Positions 31,695-41,699 of a stretch of 64,000 nt of DNA are shown piece by piece (position 1 is the first letter of the stretch; every line of letters begins with the position of its first letter). The notes under the pieces were generated by a model. The model had not been told where the DNA came from, made no database searches, and was given only the letters and a program-made list of their open reading frames with translations. The position numbers and the translations under genes are program-made. Location of the stretch: contig CM022678.1 of NCBI GenBank assembly GCA_012295275.1, positions 11,408,001 to 11,472,000 on the forward strand, given 5' to 3'. The stretch is from Chrysomallon squamiferum. Its lineage: Eukaryota; Animalia; Mollusca.

Positions 31695-34600
31695 GTATAT
31701 ATCAATATATCTAAATACATATACACACATATTTATTTATTTATTTATTTGTTTGTTTGTTTGTTTGTTTATTTATGTATTTACTTACTTATTACAGGGA
31801 AATGTAAGGACATGTTTGATGAGCACATGAGCATTCACTTTGAGTACAGCTGTCCCCACTGTGACTACACGTCACGCACGGAGGGGCGACTCAAGCGACA
31901 CATCAAAGACTTCCACACCAACGAGGACCCCAACAACCCCAACAAGTCGCAGCGCACGATGCCGGGCAGACCCAAAGTGTACCGCTGTAAGCAGTGCGAC
32001 TTCTCCACCATCACCAAGGTGCGTAACACTGTAACACAATCACCAGTACGTAACACTGTAACACAATCACCAGTACGTAACACTGTAACACAATCACCAG
32101 TACGTAACACTGTAACTGTAACTCTGTAACACTGTAACACAATCACCAGTACGTAACACTGTAACACAATCACCAGTACGTAACACTGTAACACAATCAC
32201 CAGTACGTAACACTGAAATTTGTAACTCTGTAATTCACCTCACACAATCACCAGTACGTAACACTCTCAAAACAATTACATTTTACGTAAAAAAAAATAA
32301 TAATAAACATTTAACAGAATCAAAAGTCGTTTGGGGTAACTTTAAACTGTAATCTGTAAGAGAATGAGGTTTTATGTTTTATATAGTATGCTGTAAGGTG
32401 TAAATCAATGTTATAATTTGTTGTTTTTTATATTATGTCATAAAACATTATAATTCACCTGTCAGCATTAGGAAATGATTTTTTTTTAAAACCCCAATAA
32501 AATAATAAAATTGAGAACTTAAAAGTTGTTTGGGGTGTTTTATAGGTGATTGCAGAGAATGAGTGTTTATGTTTTAGTAGTATGCTGTAATGTGTAATCT
32601 GTTATAATTTGTTGTTTTACATTATGTCATAAAATATTATACTGTGTCATATTAGGATATGTTTTTGTTATAATAAGCAATTTTTATGTTACATTTATAT
32701 CTTATATAATGTTATGTTTTACATTTAAATCACAAATTACATCATTACGTTATATATGTTGGGTTAAATTAACTTTATTACATAGTATTTTACATTATAT
32801 TATGATATTTTACATTGTATTACATTATGTTATATTGTGTTGTGTTATGTTATGTTAAGTTACTTTATGTTATGTTATGTAAAGTTAAGTTATGTTAAGT
32901 TGTGTTATGTTATGTTATTTTATGTTAGTTAAGCTATGTTAAGTTATGTTATTTATGTTATTTTATGTTGTGTTACTTTATGTTAAGTTATGTTATTTTA
33001 TGTTATTTATGTTATGTTACGTTGTGTTTTGCAGGTTGATTTCTGGCAGCACGCGAGGTCGCACATCAAGGAGGAGAAGCTGCTGCAGTGTCCACGTTGT
33101 CCCTTCGTCACCGAGTACAAGCACCACCTCGAGTATCACCTGCGCAACCACTTCGGCTCGAAGCCGTTCAAGTGCAACAAGTGCAACTACTCATGCGTGA
33201 ACAAGTCGATGCTGAACAGCCACATGAAGTCGCACACGAACGTCTACCAGTACCGCTGCGCCGACTGCACGTACGCGACAAAGTACTGCCACAGCCTCAA
33301 GCTGCACCTGCGCAAGTACAGCCACAAGCCGGCCGCCATCCTCAACAACGACGGCAGCCTGCCGCACGGGCTCGACATAGAGAGCGCCGGACTCTCCCTC
33401 CTCGCCAAGCGCGGCCCTCCCCGGGGCCCCAGGGGGCCGAGGAAGGACAAGAACGACCACTTCGCGCACCTGGGGCCGATGTTCAACTTCCCCATGACGT
33501 CGATGCCGGGGATGAATCCAGGGATGAATCCAGGGATGAATCCGGGGATGAATCCGGGGATGAACGGAGGTCTCATGTCCCCTTACTGGCCGCTGGTCAA
33601 TCCCATTCCCAACGGGATCCACCCTCCTCCCCCGCCCCTGATTCCGGCCAGCAAGATGGGGGGGCCGATGGTTCCAGCGTCGTTGATGACGTCGCCGAGC
33701 AGCAAGATGAACATGATGAAGTCGGCGGACGATGCTGCTGCTGCTGCTGCTGCTGCTGGGAGTAGCGCTGCTGGTGCTGGTTTGTTGAGGTGCAATCTCT
33801 GCACGTTCACGTGTGACAACGGCGACGTCATGAATGGCCACGTGGTCAAAGTGCACGCGCACGCTGAGAACCAGGATCTCTTCAGCATGTTCGGGATTTC
33901 CTCGGAGGCGCTGTTAGACGAGCACGCGAGCAAATCCAGGCAGAACCAGATGTCCAAGCAGTGGCTGTTGCCGGGCAACCACCCCCCCTCCTCCTCCTCC
34001 TCGTCGTCGGCGGGGGGGAACAAGGGAGTCCTGCGAGTCGAGACGGAGTCGCAGCTGCAGCAGCAGCACGACGCCACTAAATCCAGTCCCCACTCCTGGC
34101 CGAGAAACGGAGGTCACGACCTGGGAGGTCAGAGGTTGCCGCCGTACTCGGCCAACTCGCACAGTCTTCCCGAGCTCTTCAACGGCGACGTCGTGGAGCC
34201 GGCCACTCAGGCGGAACGCGACAGCAGCACCGACATTCTGAAGCAGATGACGCTGAAGTTTGGAGGAAGCATGTCGCGACAGCATCCACCACAGCAGCGC
34301 AAAGAGACTCCTCTCGACCTGACGAAGCCGAAATCAGTGTCTCCCGAAATTCCATCACCACCACCACAACAACAACAACAACAACAACAGCAACATCAGC
34401 AGCAACAGCAACAACAGCAGCAGTCCCTGTCAGCAGCACAGCCGATGATGATGATGCCGTCGTACATGAAGCGGCCGATGTCTGATGATGACCAGCGGCC
34501 GGCGGACAGCGCGGGGAATGACGTTGCTGAGGCGAGTCCGAGGAAGAGGTCGAGGAAGGGGAAGGCGTACAAGCTGGACACGTTGTGCCTGAAGCTGCAG

Positions 34601-35674
34601 GAGAAGCAGACCACGTCTCCTTACCAGAGTGACAGCGAGGAGTCCACAGGAGCCCTTTCCTGTGACGTACGAGAAGACGAGGATGAGGAGGAGGAAGGAG
34701 AAGAACAGATGATGACTAACAACAACAACAACAACAACGATCACAACGATAACAATAATAACGATGATGATGATGGTGTCGCTGATTGCCAGAGACCTCG
34801 TTCTGCGGGAGAGAACGACGCGGTTCATCGTGACGATGTTGACAGCGCTGCAGCTGTCAATGGAGTCAGTGAGAGACTGTGTGACAACAACATCGAGGAC
34901 GTGGTTAAGAGCGAGCAGGAGAGCAACCTGAAAGCCGACTTGGAGCAGATCCACAACAACATCCACTTCCTCAACAGCCAGCTGCACCGCGGCGCCGAGG
35001 ACTTCACCGTGGACAAAAGCGAGCCGGAGACTCACAACAACAACGACGACGTCAACGATGATAAACTCTCGTCAGAAAAAGACGCTCACAACGACTACGG
35101 CGCCGACCCCGCGGCCGACCTCGCTCAGTCGGTGTTCACGAACAGACGCAAGCCGATGACGCCCGCGTTGCGTCGCGGGACGGAGCTGGCGTGGAAGATC
35201 CTCAACGACCCCGCCAACCCCGTCAGTGGCAACAGCCTGCTGGGGCCGGGCAACCCCACCCAGACTAGCGAGATCGTCCTTGAGACTCCACCCTCCCACA
35301 ACAACAACAGCAACAGCAACAACAACAACAACAACAGCAGCAGCAACAACAGCAGCAGCAACAACGTCGTCAACGGCCCTGCCCAGCCTCACTCAAACGG
35401 GCTGCAGCACAGCGGCCACCTACCACATCTACCGCAACTACCGCATCTACCGCATCTGCCAAACGGAATGAACCAGATGAAATCGAAGGGCTTCCCCGGG
35501 CTCGAACACTACGAGTGCCCCTACTGCGACATCGCCTTCCGCAACTGCGTCATGTACACCATGCACATGGGTTACCACGGTTACCAGGACCCGTACAAGT
35601 GCAACATGTGCGGGCACTGTGCGAAGGACAAGGTTGACTTCTTCCTGCACATTGCACGGGCCGCTCACAACTGA
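30119..35674 (+). CDS. hb: Hunchback C2H2 zinc-finger transcription factor (spliced CDS 30119-31199, 31798-32018, 33035-35674; ~1313 aa)
   Basis: Diagnostic hunchback middle fingers ([72 protein letters not shown]) and C-terminal pair ([37 protein letters not shown]). GT-AG introns 31200-31797 (phase 1) and 32019-33034 (phase 0) keep the frame. The start at ATG 30119 is inferred; the frame is open back to the acceptor at 30072, so an upstream coding exon is possible. Confidence 0.96.
31798..32018 (+). CDS. hb: hunchback coding exon 2 (end of NF1, NF2, start of MF1)
   Basis: ttacAG|GG AAA TGT...; encodes [39 protein letters not shown]...[13 protein letters not shown]; donor aag|GTGCGT. Confidence 0.93.
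32019..32265 (+). repeat. 27-bp minisatellite at the start of hb intron 2
   Basis: Unit GTACGTAACACTGTAACACAATCACCA, about 7-8 copies with two interruptions. Confidence 0.92.
32815..33022. repeat. (GTTAT)n pentanucleotide array directly upstream of the hb exon 3 acceptor
   Basis: Direct inspection. Confidence 0.85.
33035..35674 (+). CDS. hb: hunchback coding exon 3 (MF1-4, extra finger, C-terminal fingers)
   Basis: ttgcAG|GTT GAT TTC TGG...; open to TGA at 35672-35674. Confidence 0.96.
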   Translation, partial: VDFWQHARSHIKEEKLLQCPRCPFVTEYKHHLEYHLRNHFGSKPFKCNKCNYSCVNKSMLNSHMKSHTNVYQYRCADCTYATKYCHSLKLHLRKYSHKPAAILNNDGSLPHGLDIESAGLSLLAKRGPPRGPRGPRKDKNDHFAHLGPMFNFPMTSMPGMNPGMNPGMNPGMNPGMNGGLMSPYWPLVNPIPNGIHPPPPPLIPASKMGGPMVPASLMTSPSSKMNMMKSADDAAAAAAAAGSSAAGAGLLRCNLCTFTCDNGDVMNGHVVKVHAHAENQDLFSMFGISSEALLDEHASKSRQNQMSKQWLLPGNHPPSSSSSSSAGGNKGVLRVETESQLQQQHDATKSSPHSWPRNGGHDLGGQRLPPYSANSHSLPELFNGDVVEPATQAERDSSTDILKQMTLKFGGSMSRQHPPQQRKETPLDLTKPKSVSPEIPSPPPQQQQQQQQQHQQQQQQQQQSLSAAQPMMMMPSYMKRPMSDDDQRPADSAGNDVAEASPRKRSRKGKAYKLDTLCLKLQEKQTTSPYQSDSEESTGALSCDVREDEDEEEEGEEQMMTNNNNNNNDHNDNNNNDDDDGVADCQRPRSAGENDAVHRDDVDSAAAVNGVSERLCDNNIEDVVKSEQESNLKADLEQIHNNIHFLNSQLHRGAEDFTVDKSEPETHNNNDDVNDDKLSSEKDAHNDYGADPAADLAQSVFTNRRKPMTPALRRGTELAWKILNDPANPVSGNSLLGPGNPTQTSEIVLETPPSHNNNSNSNNNNNNSSSNNSSSNNVVNGPAQPHSNGLQHSGHLPHLPQLPHLPHLPNGMNQMKSKGFPGLEHYECPYCDIAFRNCVMYTMHMGYHGYQDPYKCNMCGHCAKDKVDFFLHIARAAHN

Positions 35675-35829
35675 GCAGGTTTTTCTAGTTTTTGTTATAA
35701 ATTATAAACATTTTTTCAGTTGTGGAGACTACAGTATTATGTATAAAAAAAAGGAAGAAGAAGAAAAAGAAAACAGAGAAAAAGTCTGATCTCTGTTGAA
35801 TCTGAATCCAAGCAAGAAAGATAACTCAG

Positions 35830-37305
35830 CTCAGGGTGCCACGTTATATAAAAAAAAAAAAACAGTAGAGTGGTCTCCCTTCCTTTGTTTTGTCCCCCCC
35901 CCAGCCTCCATTTCATTCTTGTGAATATTTCATGGATGTTTTTTTTTTTTTTTTTTTTTTTTTTTTTCACTTTTGAAAAATTAAGAGCTGTAAGACACGG
36001 AAATGAGTGCAAAGAAAACTAAATCTAATACAAACTTGTATTGGCAGAAGACAGACGGTTGCCATTTTGTTTTTTTATTATTGCTGCACACAACTACCTC
36101 AGATTTTTAAAGTTTTTGTTTGTTTTTCGGTGTTTAAACATTACATCGGATGTTTCTAGTCCTTCGTGAAAGTCATGCTTCATTGAATTTCTGGCAGTGA
36201 AATGCGGAAAAAAAAAAGCAGCCATAATTGTTGATTTTGTTAAAAAAAAATAATAATGATGATGATGATAATTCTGATTCAGTTTGTTGAATGATGAGAA
36301 ACAGGATTATTTAATTATCATTGCCTAGGAAAGATGTTTTATCTTTTTTGTCTGCACGTAAATGTTTGTTTATTACTGTAAAATAAAACACAACAAAGAA
36401 CAAAGAGGTGCTATTTAGGTTCATGTAATTGAAAAAAAAAATAATAATAATAAAAACACATTTAAAGGGACTTTAACATAATTTTTATAAATTTGTAATC
36501 AGTAAATATTCACCAAATGGTGGCCGAAAAACATATTTAAAATCTTCTGACTTGCAAATAAATAGCAGAAGATTCTCGCAGAGTCCCTTTAAATGATGAA
36601 TTCATTTAATGTTTTCAAAAATCATTTTTATACAGCTGTCTATTACTTCTGTTCACTGTGTAAAAGAAAATTAACAGGTCAAGTAATGTATAGTGCTGTG
36701 ACATTTTGCAAAAATATAGTGCCCTAATATTACTACGCAAAATGGCAGTGCTTTGGTTTAAACTGAATTATTATTTTTTAAAGTAGCAAGTCTTTTTGAT
36801 TGTTATGATTTAGAATTGTAAATTAATGTATAAAAGTAGTATTTAATTAACTGTAGCAAAATTTCAAGTAGATGTCCTCCCCCCCTTTTTTTTTTAAAAT
36901 TTTTATTAGAATTATTTATTTGTGTGATTTGCGTTTTAAGATGAAATGTTTTATTAATTGTTTAAAAATACACTTATGTTTTGTTTTTTTAATTTTATTT
37001 TTATGAAAAACAAATACAAAAAGAATGTTTTTAAATTTTACTCTTTTTTTTTTTAAACTTGTTTATAAAGCAAATGTTTTGTAATTATAAATGTACTGAT
37101 TGGGATAACTGTTGCAAGAGAGATAACTCCTTCATAATCATTTTCTCTAAAATTAGATACATTTCATGTCTGTTTGTGCATTTAATCCAAAAAAATGCTG
37201 ATAAAATTTATTTAATTTTATTCAGAAACAAAAACTACCTTTAACATCATAATAGAATAATTATTTTTTTGTTGTTTTTAATATTATTATTGCAATTTAT
37301 TTATT

Positions 37306-37350
<45 letters not shown>

Positions 37351-37703
37351 CTGTTTAATAATATATATATATATAATAAATTATTCACTGTATAAATAAC
37401 TAATTCGTATTTTCAAATTATTTATTTTTTATGAAGATGTAATTTTTCCATGTTATCAGTGTCATGTGCATAATCGGTGATTTTTAATGCACAGAAATTA
37501 AGATGTTTACCTCCATTCCACCCGCAATTCCGCATTAGACTCTTCTATGCTGTTTATTTGGGTCGTCTTATTATGGTTTCTAGGGGTGAGCATGTAGCAT
37601 GAGTATGCTTATAACAATATTATTAGTTTTAGGTGCTGTTTCACCTATTTTTATTCTGTTTCTGTTTTTAGTATAAAGGCTTTAATTAATGTTTAAGTGG
37701 TTA

Positions 37704-37734
<31 letters not shown>

Positions 37735-40473
37735 TTAAACTCAGGGGACACAGATTGGCTTTTCTCAATCTTCTGCTCATTTGTTGCCACGGTAACTGTT
37801 ACCAAGCAACGTACAGTGTTATTTCCTCACTGTTGTAATATATTATTATTATTATTATTATTATTATGTATGATCTTCTGAAACACTGTTTCATTGGCTG
37901 TATGTTAAATGTTACCTGATTGGTTATGTTCTGAATTTAACATTTCCCAGTGTGCTTCATTCTAAATGTCTACCTCTTTCTTCTCATTTTTTTTACCTTT
38001 GTAAACAGATTAAATGGTTACTTTTTTCATTGTTCGAATCTGTTCTCATATTTTTTTTATCTTTTTTTTTCTATTAATTCAATATTTTTTCTTTTAACAA
38101 TTGTAAAAATTTAATTTGTGAATTCAGTGATTTTGTGATTTATGTTTACAAACTCCATGTACACTATAAGTAATAAATATAAATAAATGAATAAATATAA
38201 AATCATAACTGTATTAATTTATACATATAAACAGTTATTACCTTATAACAATTGTAGGTTATTTGCAGATAACATTTTTCATTTTTTTAGAATTTGTATT
38301 ACTTCTTTGTCAATATTTAAAAGTAAAAAAAAAACAAAAAACGTCAGTTACTATTTATTATTTATTTATTTAAATTAAAACATTTTAAAGCTGTTTCCCA
38401 GAATCTAACTTTAAAGCGATTTTGTAATTTTATTTATTTATTTAAATACAAAGCTAGTGCTGCCAAACAAAGCTGAAATTTTTAAATATCTGAAAACAAA
38501 CTTAATTTCGAAGTGCTTGTTTCGTTAGAGTTAAAGCCCCTGATTTCTGTTGGCCCATTCAAGTTTAACAGTTACAGCACCCAAGTGGAACGTTGCATTA
38601 GAATTACTGCCCCTTATTCCTGTTGAACACAGCTGGTCTTTAGAGTTACTCCCCTTTTAGTGTTATAGATTTGTTCTGTTTTGTTTCGTTAGTCACTCTA
38701 GTCTGAACTGTACAGTAACTTTCAGAAGAATAAATTAAGATGCAATATTTGTGTATATTTATTTAAATTAATTTATGATTTTCAGATTTTATACAGTAAT
38801 TATTTTTTCATTCTAGTTAGAAACAAACAAGATATTACAGAAGTTGAGTATTAGATCTGTGATGGTTTGTGATTGGCTGAAAATACATTTTACAGATGTG
38901 GTCAGCCCAGTGATTGGTCAGTTCCAAAACTCCCCTCCCCAATTTGAATGAAACTGATTCCACATGTAAGAAGCTTTCTCATTGGTTCTTTACAAGACAA
39001 TGATCCAATGGTTAATGATAGCTTGTTATTGCAGATGTAAAAATCTGTGTGATTGGTCCTTTCTGAAACTCTGTAATTGGTACAAGGGACATTTGTTGTT
39101 GCTTATTGAAAACAGGACAACATTTCAGCTTTTAGAACCCAGGTTAATGATCATTTTCATTTTCTTATTTCGTAACATAATGTTTTAATAATTTGTGAAC
39201 TGTTTAAGTTACTAAGAATACTAATTTTTTAATAAAAATCTGTGATGCTGTTAATGATCTAGTTTTAATGTTAATCTCAGGGAAGGTGTCAGGTTTTTGT
39301 TTTTAAGATGTTCACACCCAAACCCATTTGATACAATAACATATCAGAAAAATAAATCACAAAATGTTTTAACATTTCACTAACGGAACAAAAGAGTCCA
39401 TTAACTTCCAGTTGTTTGTTTACTTGTTCATTCACTTTTTAAATAAACTAAATTTATCTGTTTTATATTCCTGACTGAAAAAAAAAAAAATGAAAATTGA
39501 TATTCATCTTAATTTTTATTTACTTATCTTTGCTTTTACAATGTTTTTACAGCAGACGTCAGTTTTTTTGTTTTTTTTTAAATTTTAAAATTTTTCATAT
39601 TAATGATGAAAAATCCATTATGGGAAGAAAACGTTTAATAATAATATTACTTTCTTGAGCTTGGAACTTGAGGCAACTAGAAAACTGATCAATCATTTAC
39701 AAATCAGCCATTAAGAATTTTTTCTTCTTCTTCTTCTTTACAATAATTTGTCTGCAGTTGGATAAAGTTCAAAGTAAACTCAGGGTGCAAAGGGTTAACT
39801 GAAAAACAAATCAAGGACGAACAGTTAAAGATTCACGATCAGTGTTTAAGTAAAAACAGTTTTAACAATTAACAAAGCCTCTTTAATTGTTCATTCTTGA
39901 TTTGTAGCAACTTCATTTTTGTCTCTTGATTATGTTCCTTTAATTGTTCACTACAATTTTTAATTTTTGTCTGTGATTACATTCAGCTGATTGTTAATTA
40001 TTAATTTTTATTATTTTATTTTTAATTTTTTTTTAAATGACTATGTCCCTTTAATTGTTAATTACTATTTTCCATTGTTTTTTTCTGATTGTGTCCCTTT
40101 AATTACTCAGTATTGTTACTTTTTTTTTTTTTTTTTACTGATCATTCCCATTGACCTGTTTATTTTTAATACTAAATACATTAATTTAATTATGTGTTAT
40201 GTTTCTTTAAGTGATAATTTTCACATTAAATATTCCAACATTTCAAAGTTGGCCACGCCCACTCATTAATATTAAAAAGTTGAGAGTGATGAGCACCTGT
40301 CAGAGTGATTGATTAGCTGTGGGAGTGAAAGGTGGTGTCACACATGTATTATTTTGTTTATATACACTCCTATACTTTGTTAAATCAGTATTCAAATTAT
40401 GTATTCAAAGCCATTTTGTGTCATCAAATATTAACTGTGAACAAATGTTTCTTGATAGGAACCGAGTTTGTGC

Positions 40474-40543
<70 letters not shown>

Positions 40544-40714
40544 ATTATTATTATTTATATTATTATTATTATTTTTTTTTTTTTTTTATTATTTATTATT
40601 ACTTTTTTATTTTTTTTACTATTAATGTTGAAAAGGAAGAAGAAATGAAAATTGTTAAAATTGTTACAATTCTTGAAAAAAAACAAATTTTGAAGAATTT
40701 TGTTTAATCAGGGA
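35830..40714 (+). promoter_or_regulatory. Cluster of miR-125/lin-4 and let-7 seed-match sites in the putative hb 3'UTR
   Basis: CTCAGGG at 35830, 37740, 39779; CTCAGGGA at 39276; TCAGGGA at 40708; CTACCTCA at 36094; CTACCTC at 37970. Confidence 0.65.
36459..36595. mobile_element. Small inverted-repeat element (possible Kolobok-type MITE, or an RNA hairpin)
   Basis: Perfect 14-bp inverted repeat CATTTAAAGGGACT (36459-72) / AGTCCCTTTAAATG (36582-95), i.e. TTAA|AGGGAC..GTCCCT|TTAA. Confidence 0.5.
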
Positions 40715-41327
40715 TAAAAGTAGAATACCGGTACGTAACAGAAATCCATTTTTTCTGCAAGCATTCCACAAACAAGACTCTTATATTTATATTTATTTAG
40801 TTTTCATTTCTAAAATTCACTTCACAGTATTATAATACAGTTATGTCTAAAAAAAAGATTTTTGTTTATTTGTGAATAGTATATTTATAAATATTTTTCT
40901 TTAATTTCAAAACTCATCTTTTTCTTAAACTTGTATTAAATTTTTAATAATTGCATTCAGTTTAAGTAATTAAAAGATAATTAATTATATTTAATTTAGT
41001 TTGTAAATTTTATTTATTTTGTTTTGTTGTTTATTTTTATTATTTTATTTAACCTAAGGAAATTTACAATTTAATTATCTCAAGACATAAATTCCAGTTT
41101 TCACATCATTCCATTTTTCATTTTTCTTAAATTAATTTTTAACTTTTAATCAATTCCCCCCCCCCTGTGATTGAGTAGAAACCGGTGATTTAATTTCTAT
41201 TACAATCAATTATTTACTAATCCGACTGAATTTATAGCACAATTATTAAATGAGTTATTTAAATCATGTTATGAAATAATCTGTTTAAACTGGTCTAATT
41301 AAATTATTAAACAATCTATTTAAATTA

Positions 41328-41529
41328 CAGTGGACCCTCAGTTGATTACTTTTACAAATGAATTTATTATTTAAAATCTCGTTTACTTTAATAGATTTTT
41401 GTTTTGTTTTCAAATGTGGTGAATAATTGCACACCTCAGTGACATTATGGTTAAAGTATCACCAGTAGACTGCGAGGTACTGGGTTCAAGTCCTGCTGAT
41501 AGAAACATACGTTAATTGAGGTTCCACTG
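41328..41529. mobile_element. Tc1/mariner-pogo (Tigger-like) MITE with TA flanks
   Basis: TA|CAGTGGACCCTCAGTT ... AATTGAGGTTCCACTG|TA; imperfect terminal inverted repeats with CAGT termini. Confidence 0.65.
41433..41500 (+). mobile_element. tRNA-derived SINE head fragment (pol III A/B boxes)
   Basis: A-box-like TGACATTATGG (41440) and B box GGTTCAAGTCC (41483) at tRNA-like spacing; no intact cloverleaf. Confidence 0.5.
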
Positions 41530-41668
41530 TATAAATGTTTTTATTTCATGTTAATTTAATAATGTAATCTTTAATTTTAAATAATTAAATGATTTTTGTT
41601 CAGAAAAGAAATAAGATTGTCCAGTTTAAAAGATTTAAATTTGGGGAATAACAAAGCATTTGATACAA

Positions 41669-41699
<31 letters not shown>

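Noticed and set aside
30254-35668. Long antisense and alternative-frame ORFs over hunchback (e.g. 30254-30982 -, 33088-33765 +, 34430-35035 -)
   Set aside because: Expected shadows of a GC3-rich coding sequence that lacks stops in other frames.
41433-41500. Functional tRNA gene
   Set aside because: A/B boxes are present but acceptor and anticodon stems do not pair; treated as a SINE remnant. Similar weaker remnants at ~52775-52835 and ~51550-51670 were too decayed to call.
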